A DNA stretch of 64,000 bases, taken from the NCBI GenBank assembly GCA_041690135.1, contig JAWLHY010000008.1:302784-366783 (forward strand). Reading direction: 5' to 3'. Below the pieces are notes generated by a model, which worked only from the letters and a program-made list of their open reading frames with translations, did not search any database and was not told the DNA's origin. The DNA comes from Armatimonadota bacterium (GTDB lineage Bacteria > Armatimonadota > SYMT01). A program made the translations under genes and the position numbers. How positions within the stretch are numbered: the first letter of the stretch is position 1; every line of letters starts with the position of its first letter. Below are positions 49,280-58,450 of this stretch, piece after piece.

Positions 49280-49736
49280 TCGCGCCTTTCATGCCGGTCC
49301 ATGCCGTCTTCGCCGGCCCAGGCAGATTCTGACCGATCCAGGCCGGAACAACCCATGCTATCCCCACCCCTGTGGGGTGTCAACCACGCCGGATAGTGCC
49401 TGGACCGGGTGTGCGCTTTCCCGTGAGTCCGGATCAGATCTCACTTCACACGTCGGGGTCCCAAAAAGTCCGGGGGCGATTTTTCCGGGCATTTCGTCTG
49501 GAGCATCCTAACCCCGCGCCGACAATGGAAGAGGAGACGGGCCCGGTTACTCGCTTTCCGGAACCGTATCCATGGGGGTAAGAAACGCCTCGTTTCTCGT
49601 GGTCCTTTCGTTGAGAGGGTCGTAGAGGGAGGACATCCTACCACCCGGGTGGAACCCACCCACGGCGTAAGACCGGCCTGGCAGTTGTTCGGCCAGGAAT
49701 GCCCTTGACAACTGAACATAGAAAGGACGAGACGTT

Positions 49737-50819
49737 TTGACAGGTCCGAGAAAATGGACCGCCCTCTGCCTCGCCTGGCTCTTCGGAGCACTGCTGGCAG
49801 CAGGGACGGCCGGCCCATCCAGCGCGGCGCCGCGCAAATCGCGGTCCGCACGGAAGGCTCACTCGACTTCGGTCAAGCAACAGGGGAAGAGCAAACGCTC
49901 TAGTCAAGCAAGCAAATCCAAGCGGTCTTCGTCGGCGAGTTCTCGCACGACTGTCCGCAAAAGCAAAACTGCCGCGCACGCACGCGCTAAATCGCCGACC
50001 ACGGCGGCGCGTTCGCAGCGTTCGGCCCAGAGCAGCATCCGTAAAACCATCCCCACCGGCGTTACTCCCCGGTCGGTGGCGGTGAAGTCAACTCACAGTC
50101 AGACGTCCACTTTGAAGCGTTCGAGCCGACCTTCCGCCGATGATCTGGCGGTTCGGCAGGCGCTTGCGAATCGACAGCGGCTCTTCCAGCCGCGGCGCGA
50201 CCTTCTTACCCAGGCCCCGGCGACGGTGAAAGATCCCCCGGCAGCGACAGGCGAGAAGCTCCCCGCGGAAGGAACAGCGCAACTGGAAGAGGAAGGGTCA
50301 GCCCTCGACCAGTATGGCGAAGAAGGCGTACTTCTCGCCAGCAACGAAGCCGTCGATGCGCGCTTGACCAACGACGACGTCATCAAAGAAGCCCTGCGGA
50401 ATCGTGGCAAACCCTACATCTGGGGTGGCGCCTCCCGCCATGGGTTCGACTGTTCGGGGTTCGTCTGCTACGTGTTCGCCAAGCAGCGGGGCATCAAGCT
50501 ACCGCACAGCGCTTCGGCGCAGGCCACGCACGGGAAGCGAATCAGCAGTAAAGATCTGCAGCCTGGAGATCTCGTGTTCTTCAGCACCTACCGCCGGGGC
50601 ATCTCGCATGTAGGCATCTACATTGGCGACAACCGGTTCATCCACGCGGCCAACCGCCGCAAGGATGTGCGGATCGATACGCTTTCCGGCTACTATGGCA
50701 AACGTCTGAAGACCGCACGCCGGATTCTGCCGGCGCCTGTGCGGATCTCGCCGGACGACATCGAGAAGCTCGAAAAGGGCCTCCTGGAGTCCAGCGAAGT
50801 CCCGTCCGAATCTATGTGA
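49737..50819 (+). CDS. NlpC/P60 (C40) peptidoglycan endopeptidase with a long basic S/K/R-rich N-terminal region
   Basis: Signal peptide; GKPYIWGG..GFDCSGF, PGDLVFF, SHVGIY, FIHA; RBS AGAAAGGA. Confidence 0.9.
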   Translation: MTGPRKWTALCLAWLFGALLAAGTAGPSSAAPRKSRSARKAHSTSVKQQGKSKRSSQASKSKRSSSASSRTTVRKSKTAAHARAKSPTTAARSQRSAQSSIRKTIPTGVTPRSVAVKSTHSQTSTLKRSSRPSADDLAVRQALANRQRLFQPRRDLLTQAPATVKDPPAATGEKLPAEGTAQLEEEGSALDQYGEEGVLLASNEAVDARLTNDDVIKEALRNRGKPYIWGGASRHGFDCSGFVCYVFAKQRGIKLPHSASAQATHGKRISSKDLQPGDLVFFSTYRRGISHVGIYIGDNRFIHAANRRKDVRIDTLSGYYGKRLKTARRILPAPVRISPDDIEKLEKGLLESSEVPSESM

Positions 50820-50842
50820 CCACCGGCGCCTGCCGGTGGATC

Positions 50843-50887
50843 GCGAAAGCCCTCGGAGTTACCTTTCCGGGGGCTTTCGCTCGTCTT
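50843..50887 (+). terminator. Probable intrinsic terminator
   Basis: GCGAAAGCCCTCGGA / TCCGGGGGCTTTCGC 15-bp stem after the NlpC/P60 gene. Confidence 0.6.
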
Positions 50888-51094
50888 GGGGAGAATGTCT
50901 CTTGCTGCGTCCGGCAAGGGTTCGACTTCGTGCCCATCGAATGTATGTCCGGCTTCAACCGTCGCGCCCACCCGGAAAACAGCTAAAGAGTTCAACCACC
51001 AGGCGCTCGGGACCGCTCTCCGCTCGACCCGTTTTCCCGTGCAGTCCGGCCATTGCGATGGGCACTCACGTTCCTTCGCTCCTAACGCAGTCAG

Positions 51095-52351
51095 ATGGAC
51101 CGTTTACAGGACCTCCTCAATCAGCTTGAAGACGGCAGTCCGTTGGTCCGGAGGGATGCCGCCCAGGCGCTGGGTGCGCTCGGAGACGTGGCGGCAACGG
51201 GAGCCCTGTGCCGGAGGTTAGACGACGCGAACTGGAGCGTGCGCCGGGAGGCTGCGGCCGCACTGGCGGTACTGGCGACTTCGGATGCCGTTCAGCCGCT
51301 GTGTGACGCCCTCGCTGATACCGACATCCAGGTCCGCTGGTGGGTCATCGCCGCCCTCGACCGGCTAGCGGATGACCGGGCAGTCGGTCCGCTCTGTCGG
51401 ATCCTGGGCGATCCCAGCAATCGCATCCGCCTGCGGGCGGTGGAGGCACTTAGCGGATTCCAGCAAGAGCGGGTGGTGGCGCCCCTGGTCCGTGCGCTGG
51501 CGGATGAGGACCCGGGCGTCAGAGCCCGAGCGACGACGGCTCTCACGGAAATGGGAACGCTGGCCCTCGCTACTGTTTGCCGCGCACTTGCCGACCCGGA
51601 GCTCACCGTCCGCCGCGGCGCGTTGGAGATCCTCCGTCAACAGGGTGCTGTCGCCACCTCTTATCTCTGTAGCGCCTTGTGCAGCGACTCTGTCGAGGCG
51701 CGGCATTCCGCGGCTGAGCTGTTCCGCGAACTCGCCGATCCTGCTGCGGTCGAGCCCCTGATCGCCGTACTGCGGGATTCCGAGTGGCCGGTCCGGGCCG
51801 CCGCAGTGGAAACACTGGGAAAACTGCAAGTCCTCCGCTGCGCTCCCACGCTTTGCGAACTCCTCGAGGATGAGCACTGGATCGTACGCCTCCGAGCAGT
51901 AGAGGCGATTGGGCGCTTGCAAGATCGCACGTCCACTACGGCGCTCATCCGGCGACTGGCTGACGCGGAGACTCGGGTGCGGGAATCCGCCGAGGAGGTG
52001 CTGGCGTTACTCGGTGCCGATATCGCCCCCGCACTTTGCGAGGCGTTGCTTTCTCCGGTTCGGGCGATCCGTCTGGCGTCCGCCGCGCTCCTCGGCCGCC
52101 TGCGCCAGCGATCGGCACTACCAGCATTGCGCGCCCGCTTGCGCCCACTGGGTGGTGAGAGAGACCCGGAAGTGCGACAGGCGATTCGACTGGCTGTCGC
52201 CGCCGTGGAGGGGGATACGCAGGCCCTGGCGAGCCTTCCCCGCACAGCCGACTTCGCACCCGAAACACCGGAAGGTCGTCCGCGGAAGGCGCCACCACCG
52301 CCGAGTGAAAGTCCTGCTCCGCCGGTGAAGGAGCCGTTGACCGGATGGTAG
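51095..52351 (+). CDS. HEAT/PBS-lyase repeat protein
   Basis: Repeated L.D....VR..AA.ALG units. Confidence 0.88.
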   Translation: MDRLQDLLNQLEDGSPLVRRDAAQALGALGDVAATGALCRRLDDANWSVRREAAAALAVLATSDAVQPLCDALADTDIQVRWWVIAALDRLADDRAVGPLCRILGDPSNRIRLRAVEALSGFQQERVVAPLVRALADEDPGVRARATTALTEMGTLALATVCRALADPELTVRRGALEILRQQGAVATSYLCSALCSDSVEARHSAAELFRELADPAAVEPLIAVLRDSEWPVRAAAVETLGKLQVLRCAPTLCELLEDEHWIVRLRAVEAIGRLQDRTSTTALIRRLADAETRVRESAEEVLALLGADIAPALCEALLSPVRAIRLASAALLGRLRQRSALPALRARLRPLGGERDPEVRQAIRLAVAAVEGDTQALASLPRTADFAPETPEGRPRKAPPPPSESPAPPVKEPLTGW

Positions 52352-52502
52352 ATAGGTGGTTGGTGGCGGAGGTAGGCGGACTCCACATCGATCTCTGCAC
52401 GGCACACGCGGCATCCTGCTAAAGTTCGAGAGGGCGGCAAGTGACCTGCGGACCGTATCACCAGCGTACGACGCAATGAGCACAGGCCGGGTGGGGAGAA
52501 GT

Positions 52503-53168
52503 ATGGGCGAGCGGAAGATTAAGAAGACGCGGATCCTGATCATCGACGATGAGCCGATGGTCCGTTCCCTCCTGGCTAACTGGCTGCGAACTTCCGGCTT
52601 CGAGCCGCTCGAAGCGAGCGACGGTCCCGGAGGGCTGGCGTTAGCGCTTCAGGAAACACCCGAGGCGGTACTTCTGGACCTGAGCCTACCGGGCATGGAT
52701 GGCTTTGAGGTGTGCCGAAGCCTGCGCCAGGATTCGCGGACGGCCACAACAGCCATCTTGCTCATCACCGGCTACGATGATGTGGAAAGCCGGGTAGCAG
52801 GCTTCGGCGCCGGGGCGGACGATTATCTCACCAAGCCGTTCGAAGCGACCGAGTTGCTGGCTCGCCTGCGCTCCCATCTCGACCTCGCCTCGGCGCGGCG
52901 CGAAGTGGCCCAACTCCAGGGCGCCCTGGCCACCATCCGGATGATTTCTCACGAGTTCAACAACCCCCTCCAGGTGGTCCTGGGGGCCGTGGACCTCCTC
53001 GACGGGCAGGAAAGCTGCCAGCCCGAGCTTGCGGCCGAAGCGGTGCAGATGCTGCGGGAAGCCACCGACCGCCTGGGAGACCTGGCTTCCCGCCTCGTCG
53101 CCATCAGTGAGCCCGTCTACAAAACGACTCCGATTGGCACGATGTTGGACATCGAAGCCTCGCGCTAG
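52503..53168 (+). CDS. Response regulator REC fused to a HisKA-like domain with no catalytic domain
   Basis: ILIIDDE, LLDLSLPGMDG, DDYLTKPF, then ISHEFNNPLQVV; no N/G boxes. Confidence 0.85.
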   Translation: MGERKIKKTRILIIDDEPMVRSLLANWLRTSGFEPLEASDGPGGLALALQETPEAVLLDLSLPGMDGFEVCRSLRQDSRTATTAILLITGYDDVESRVAGFGAGADDYLTKPFEATELLARLRSHLDLASARREVAQLQGALATIRMISHEFNNPLQVVLGAVDLLDGQESCQPELAAEAVQMLREATDRLGDLASRLVAISEPVYKTTPIGTMLDIEASR

Positions 53169-53575
53169 AGTTCTCCGAGATCAATCAGGAGTCGTCGCTC
53201 CTCAATTCGCGTGTCCTCATTCAATCGCAGAATTCTGAGCGTGCCGCGACCGACCGGAGACAGAGGCACGATTTCTAGACCATCCAAGGTGAAGTGCGCC
53301 GACCAGGCGTGCATCCGCGGGTTGTAAAGGAGCGTGACCTCACCAGTTTCCGGATCCACGGTAGAGAGGTCCGATCCCTTGTACCGGTTGCAGCGGGCAC
53401 AGCAAAGGGCGAGATTCACTGGCGTAGTCTCGCCCCCATGTTTCACTGCAACGATGTGGTCTACCTGGTGTGCCACGAGGGAGTAGGGTTCAGGTAGCAG
53501 GCAGTACTCGCATCGCCCACCTGCACGGTCGTAGACGAGTCTCCGCAGTGCCGTTGGAATATAGGGATCAGGCAC
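53165..53575 (-). CDS. HNH endonuclease
   Basis: RCEYC, DHIVAVKHGG, NLALCCARCNRYKGSD. Confidence 0.9.
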   Translation of the reverse strand: MPDPYIPTALRRLVYDRAGGRCEYCLLPEPYSLVAHQVDHIVAVKHGGETTPVNLALCCARCNRYKGSDLSTVDPETGEVTLLYNPRMHAWSAHFTLDGLEIVPLSPVGRGTLRILRLNEDTRIEERRLLIDLGEL

Positions 53576-53933
53576 TCTCAAGCAGTCGTTGCCGCGCGTG
53601 GAGTTTTGCAGTTACGACTCGATGTTCCAACTGTTCATACTGCTGCCACTCCCTTTCTTCCGCTTCGCTCAGTCCTTCAGTACGGCTCTTGGCCACCAAC
53701 GCCTCGACCCGTGACTGTAGCAAGGGTGATGCACGGAGTTCGAGAACGGCTTCCGGACCTGGCAGTTGACTCAGGAAGCTCAACACATCCGCCATTCCCG
53801 AGTAAATGGGTCCCTCCGAGGGTTGCAGCGCATTCAGGCCTGCCTCAATGATGCGGGGCAATTCCGTAGACCGCGACCTCAATCGGTCGGCGAGATCTTC
53901 TGGAAGCTCAATTGTGATCGTGGCCATGGGCAC
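53568..53933 (-). CDS. Hypothetical antitoxin-like partner of the HNH gene
   Basis: MATITIELPEDL N-terminus; LQSRVEAL..K...LSEAEERE; overlaps the HNH start. Confidence 0.72.
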   Translation of the reverse strand: MPMATITIELPEDLADRLRSRSTELPRIIEAGLNALQPSEGPIYSGMADVLSFLSQLPGPEAVLELRASPLLQSRVEALVAKSRTEGLSEAEEREWQQYEQLEHRVVTAKLHARQRLLESA

Positions 53934-54005
53934 TCCTCGTCGAACTGGCGGATAACAGGAGAATATCAGTCAATGGGGGCCATCGCAACCGCGTCTTGAG
54001 GCTTC

Positions 54006-54839
54006 CTACCATGCTCTAAGTGGATCCGGTTGGAAGTTGGAGCCGTCCTGAACCACGCGGACCACTTTGTGGACCGGTTCGTGGTCGAACACCATCAGCC
54101 AGTTCTCCCGCGCCGCCCGCGCCAGCAGGTCCTGCTTCACCCGCATCGTTTCGTACGGCTCCATGTCGAACGCCATGTTGTAGGGCGGTCGGAAGTGGGC
54201 CGGGGTGGGGCAGATGTCGCCCGCATACCATGCCGTTTCCCCCTGGCTGGTCAGCAAGATGCACTGATGCGCCCGCGTATGGCCCCCCGTTACCTGGACC
54301 GACACACCGGGAGCGATTTCGGTGTTGCCATCGAGGAGTTGCAGCCGTCCCTGCAGCGGCTCGAGATTCTCCAGGCGGTAGCTCACCCGCATATGACTGC
54401 GATTGTGGAGTGCATCTTCCCACTCCTGACGCTGGACCACGTACCGGGCGTTAGGGAAGGCGGGAACGATCGTGTCGCCCACCTGCTCCGTCGCACCGCC
54501 GACATGGTCCATATGTAGGTGGGTCAAGAGCACCAGCGTGACTTCCTCGGGTGAAACTCCCTTGGCCGCTAGGTTCGCCCGGAGCGTATCGCCCGGCTTG
54601 AGGTCGAAGATCTCCTGTTCTTTTGGACTGAGCTTCGTCCCGTTGCCGGTATCGATCACGATTAACTCATCGCCGGTACGGACCAAAAGACAATTGGCGT
54701 CGAGCTGGATGCGACCCCGGTCGTCCGGCTCGTAGAGCTTCCTCCAAAGGGCGAACGGTACCACCCCGAACATGCCCCCGCCGTCGAGTTTGAATGTCCC
54801 ACCACTGACGATTTCGAATTCAATTTCTCCCACGCGCAT
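54006..54839 (-). CDS. MBL-fold hydrolase (YtnP/AHL-lactonase-like)
   Basis: LDGGGMFGVVP, THLHMDHVGG, GGHTRAH, GDICP, FDHEP. Confidence 0.88.
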   Translation of the reverse strand: MRVGEIEFEIVSGGTFKLDGGGMFGVVPFALWRKLYEPDDRGRIQLDANCLLVRTGDELIVIDTGNGTKLSPKEQEIFDLKPGDTLRANLAAKGVSPEEVTLVLLTHLHMDHVGGATEQVGDTIVPAFPNARYVVQRQEWEDALHNRSHMRVSYRLENLEPLQGRLQLLDGNTEIAPGVSVQVTGGHTRAHQCILLTSQGETAWYAGDICPTPAHFRPPYNMAFDMEPYETMRVKQDLLARAARENWLMVFDHEPVHKVVRVVQDGSNFQPDPLRAW

Positions 54840-54963
54840 CTTCTGCCCCCATCGCGCACGCACTTCTCCCGTATTTATACTCCCTCGTCTGCACGACCGC
54901 AGCGATCACGACGGGAGCTGGGGTACAATCGGCTTTAGAATGTGCGAGCGAGGAGATCCGCCG

Positions 54964-55731
54964 ATGGACGTCCCATCCCCCGTGGTGAACAGCCGGAACG
55001 ACGAAGGGCTTTACTGGATCGAGATCAACCGGCCGGACAAGCTGAATGCGCTGAACCTGGAGGTACTTCGGGTTCTCCGCGCCGAACTGGGCACCGCGAT
55101 CCAGGACTCCAGGTGCCGGGTACTGTTGCTCACCGGGACGGGGGACCGTGCGTTTGCTGCCGGGGCCGACATCGCCCAGATGCACGCGCAGGATGCGGCG
55201 GGAATCCGGAAAATGATGGATCTGGGCAAAGAGGTGGCGGCGCTCCTGGAAACGGCGCCCCAGCCGGCCCTCGCCGTGGTGAACGGCTATGCACTGGGGG
55301 GCGGTTGCGAGCTGGCGCTGGCATGTGACCTGATCCTGGCTTCGGAGAAGGCCCAGTTCGGTCTGCCCGAAGTCGACCTGGGCGTCATCCCCGGGTGGGG
55401 GGGCTCGCAGCGCCTCGAGCGGCGGGCCGGGTACGGCCGTGCCCGCGATATGATCCTGACCGGACGCCGCGTGCGCGCGGAAGAGGCGCTCACCTGGGGA
55501 CTTTGCGACCGTGTCTGTCCGCCGGAACGACTTTGCGAGGAGGCCACCCGTCTGGCCAGGACGCTCGCCGAAAAAGATGCCGAAGCTCTGGCAGCCGCCA
55601 AGCGCGCCCTGCGGTGGCGCTCCGAGTTGCCGCTTAGCGAGACCCTCCGTCTCGAGACCGACGTCTTTGTGGAACTGTTCCAGCGGCCGGAACGCACCGC
55701 TGCCATGGAGCGCTTCCTGAAGCGGTCGTAG
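54964..55731 (+). CDS. Enoyl-CoA hydratase/isomerase
   Basis: NRPDKLNAL, AFAAGADI, GYALGGGCELALACD, GLPEV.LGVIPGWGG. Confidence 0.92.
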   Translation: MDVPSPVVNSRNDEGLYWIEINRPDKLNALNLEVLRVLRAELGTAIQDSRCRVLLLTGTGDRAFAAGADIAQMHAQDAAGIRKMMDLGKEVAALLETAPQPALAVVNGYALGGGCELALACDLILASEKAQFGLPEVDLGVIPGWGGSQRLERRAGYGRARDMILTGRRVRAEEALTWGLCDRVCPPERLCEEATRLARTLAEKDAEALAAAKRALRWRSELPLSETLRLETDVFVELFQRPERTAAMERFLKRS

Positions 55732-55738
55732 CAGCCCG

Positions 55739-56626
55739 TCAATTGAGAGTGGCGAGAAACTCCCGCATTTGCTGCAGCACTCGGTCGCCGTCCACGGAAA
55801 AGAGATTGTTGTGCCCGGCTCCGGGGATGTCCAACCGCGTCACCGGACCAACGGCCGCTTCTGCGAGCCGGTCCCGCATCGCAAACGGCACAATCTCGTC
55901 CTCTGTGCCGTGGATCAAGAGTACCGGACACCGCACCTGGTCGATCTTCGTCAGGCTCTCGAAGCGATGGCGGAGCAGGGCGGCGACGGGAAACTGCGGG
56001 AAGCGCGGGGCGGCGACATCCACCAGGCTGGTAAACGTCGACAGGGTGATCACCCCCGCCAGCGGTTGGCGTGCCGCGAGATCGATGGCGACCCCGCCGC
56101 CGATGCTGCGACCCACCGCCACGATCCGCCGCGAGTCGATGTCGTTTCGCTGCCGCAGGTAGGCAAGGGCGGTATCCGCGGCCCGGTACCATGCCTGCTC
56201 TCCCGGACGTCCACTGCTCAGGCCGTAACCGGGGTACTCCACGATCAGCACATTCGCTTCAAGCTTCCGGAACCGCTCGAACATCGGTAGCGAATCAGCG
56301 AGGCACATCCCATTCCCGTAGAACACGAGCAATGTTGGAGCCGCCTCGGGCTTCGGAGTCAGATCGCCCGCCGCGTCCAGGGCCGGCCCAAACAGCGCCG
56401 CCACCTCATCGCCGGGCGGGGTTCGCAGCTCGATCAGTTCACTATCGGATGGCGTCGTGAAACGCGCCGCGTCGGCACCCTGGGTCGTTGCACCCGGAAA
56501 GATCAACTCGGCCTGGCGCAAGTAGAGGCTGCCGGCAATCACCAGGTACCCGCCGCACACGGTCAGCCCGATCAACCGTCCCATTCGCAGGAGCATGGCC
56601 GAAAGAGTATTGGGTGGGGTCTTCAC
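55739..56626 (-). CDS. Alpha/beta hydrolase (ABHD/BEM46-like)
   Basis: N-terminal TM; YGNG, EYPGYG.S.G.P, GRSIGG, IHGTEDEIVP, GAGHN; GTGA overlap with the upstream gene. Confidence 0.88.
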   Translation of the reverse strand: MKTPPNTLSAMLLRMGRLIGLTVCGGYLVIAGSLYLRQAELIFPGATTQGADAARFTTPSDSELIELRTPPGDEVAALFGPALDAAGDLTPKPEAAPTLLVFYGNGMCLADSLPMFERFRKLEANVLIVEYPGYGLSSGRPGEQAWYRAADTALAYLRQRNDIDSRRIVAVGRSIGGGVAIDLAARQPLAGVITLSTFTSLVDVAAPRFPQFPVAALLRHRFESLTKIDQVRCPVLLIHGTEDEIVPFAMRDRLAEAAVGPVTRLDIPGAGHNNLFSVDGDRVLQQMREFLATLN

Positions 56627-57531
56627 GATCGCGGCTCTCCCTGTGACGAGGCCGACGGCTCCGAACTGCTCCGCAGGGCCTCGATGACCGCGGCGTTGTC
56701 CAGGTCGCCCCGGCCGCACCGCACCGCTTCGCGCAGCAATTCCGCATGGAGCGAGGAGACCGGCAGAGCCTGCTCGTGTTCTTGACCCAGGGCCAGGATC
56801 AGCTCCACGTCCTTCAAGTGCTGGCGCAAGCGCGCTTCGGGTTCTTCAAAGCGCCGCTCGGCCATGCGCGCGCCTTTAACATCCATCACCCGGGAATACG
56901 CGGCGCTCTCCTGCAAGAGCGTAAGCATCTCGGTCGCATCCAGACCGGTCGACTCCGCTAGCGCCAACCCCTCCGCCAACGCCAGCCGGTTAAGCCCCAG
57001 CACCAGGTTGGACACCAACTTGGCCGTCGCGCCGCTACCGGAGGGCCCCAGATAGCGTACCCGTGACGAGAGATCCCCCAGTAATGTCCTGACGGAAGCG
57101 AAAGCGCCTTCCTCGCCGCCGACCAGAACCAACGCCCCGCCCCGCCGGACGAGAGCACTTCCCCCGCTGATGGGCGCATCCAGCACCGACACGTGAGCCG
57201 TCGCCCCGAGTGACGCCAGGGAGCAGGCTTCCCGTGGAGCGCAGGTGGTCAGGTCAATCCACACGCAGCCCGGAGAGAACGCCTCAAACAACCCCGGCTC
57301 CCGCGCCAGCGCCAGCACAGCCTTTCCATCCGGCAGGCAGGTGAGCACGGCCTCGCATCCGGCAACCGCTTCGGGCGCCGAGGTTACGGGCTGCGCTCCG
57401 AGTTCCGACGCCTGCCGCAGCCGATCCGGATCGAGATCGTAGGCACGCACGTCATGCTCGGCTTTAACGAGCCGCTCTGCAACGGCGCTACCAAGCAGCC
57501 CCACGCCAATCAGGCCGACGCGCATTCCCAT
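56623..57531 (-). CDS. NAD(P)-dependent oxidoreductase (3-hydroxyisobutyrate dehydrogenase family)
   Basis: GLIGVGLLG, DAPISGG, G.GATAKLVSN, KDVELI. Confidence 0.88.
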   Translation of the reverse strand: MGMRVGLIGVGLLGSAVAERLVKAEHDVRAYDLDPDRLRQASELGAQPVTSAPEAVAGCEAVLTCLPDGKAVLALAREPGLFEAFSPGCVWIDLTTCAPREACSLASLGATAHVSVLDAPISGGSALVRRGGALVLVGGEEGAFASVRTLLGDLSSRVRYLGPSGSGATAKLVSNLVLGLNRLALAEGLALAESTGLDATEMLTLLQESAAYSRVMDVKGARMAERRFEEPEARLRQHLKDVELILALGQEHEQALPVSSLHAELLREAVRCGRGDLDNAAVIEALRSSSEPSASSQGEPRS

Positions 57532-57538
57532 CTCTCCT

Positions 57539-58360
57539 TCATCCAGTCTGCCCGCGTTTCCAGCGCCAGGGCTCGCACTTCTTGAGCAGCAGCGCCGCGT
57601 CGAAGTACGTAGTGGTGGGCTGGCGCTCGTCCAGATCGCTGGTGACCTCGTCCAACTCCAGACCGACCACCCGGTGAAGCAACGAGAGCTCGGCATAAGT
57701 GAAGTCGCGGATCGGCTGGAGAGTCGGCGTCGCCGTCAGGTCATCCGCCGCCTGGAAGGCGCTCACCCCGACTTGCTGGACGGCGTCGTAACAGTCCGTA
57801 CCGAGCCACTCCTGCCCCCCTTCGACAAAGGAGTAGGAATCCCCTGGTCCCGCGTCCGGCAGCTTGAACAGGCACCGGTGTTCTACCAGGAAACGCCCTT
57901 CGTCTTTAAGATGAGCTCGCACGCAAGAGAGGCAATCCAGGTGGTCGTCGTGCCGCAGTAGGTACTTGAACGCCTGATCCATCATCAGGATCAACCCGAA
58001 GCGCAGGTTGAGCCGGAAGTCTCGGGCGTCTCCCACGCCAAAGTGCACACGTTCCCGTACCGAAGGAGATCGCCGTTCCGCTTCTTGCTGGGCCCGGACA
58101 ATGAAGGCGGGGTTGAGATCCAGCGCGTAGACGTCGTAGCCCCGCTCCGCAAGGGCGAATGCGAGCCGCCCGGTGCCGCAACCCAGGTCCAGTATCGGTC
58201 CACCGTAGCGGCCGGCAAACTCCAGCACCAACGGCAGCTCCGGGAGGTAGTCGAAAGGTCGCTCCTCACACTGGCGGTCCGCTGCATAGCCATCGTAGGC
58301 GCCCGGCAAGAACTCCAATTCGCCCTGAAAGGGCGACCAGTTCCCCCAACCCCGCTGCAT
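57539..58360 (-). CDS. Class I SAM-dependent methyltransferase
   Basis: ILDLGCGTGR, VGDARDF. Confidence 0.88.
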   Translation of the reverse strand: MQRGWGNWSPFQGELEFLPGAYDGYAADRQCEERPFDYLPELPLVLEFAGRYGGPILDLGCGTGRLAFALAERGYDVYALDLNPAFIVRAQQEAERRSPSVRERVHFGVGDARDFRLNLRFGLILMMDQAFKYLLRHDDHLDCLSCVRAHLKDEGRFLVEHRCLFKLPDAGPGDSYSFVEGGQEWLGTDCYDAVQQVGVSAFQAADDLTATPTLQPIRDFTYAELSLLHRVVGLELDEVTSDLDERQPTTTYFDAALLLKKCEPWRWKRGQTG

Positions 58361-58450
58361 GCTTCACTCTTCTACTTCGTTGCTTCGATACAAATACGAC
58401 ACAATATCGGAGGAGCCATCCCTGCCTGTCAAGTGCCGCTCGGAGGAGCC

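Noticed and set aside
49440-49525. Canonical c-di-AMP (ydaO) riboswitch
   Set aside because: Only partial motif matches; the GTAGG and CCCGAA.CCGTCAG core segments are missing. Not called as a feature, kept as part of a finding.
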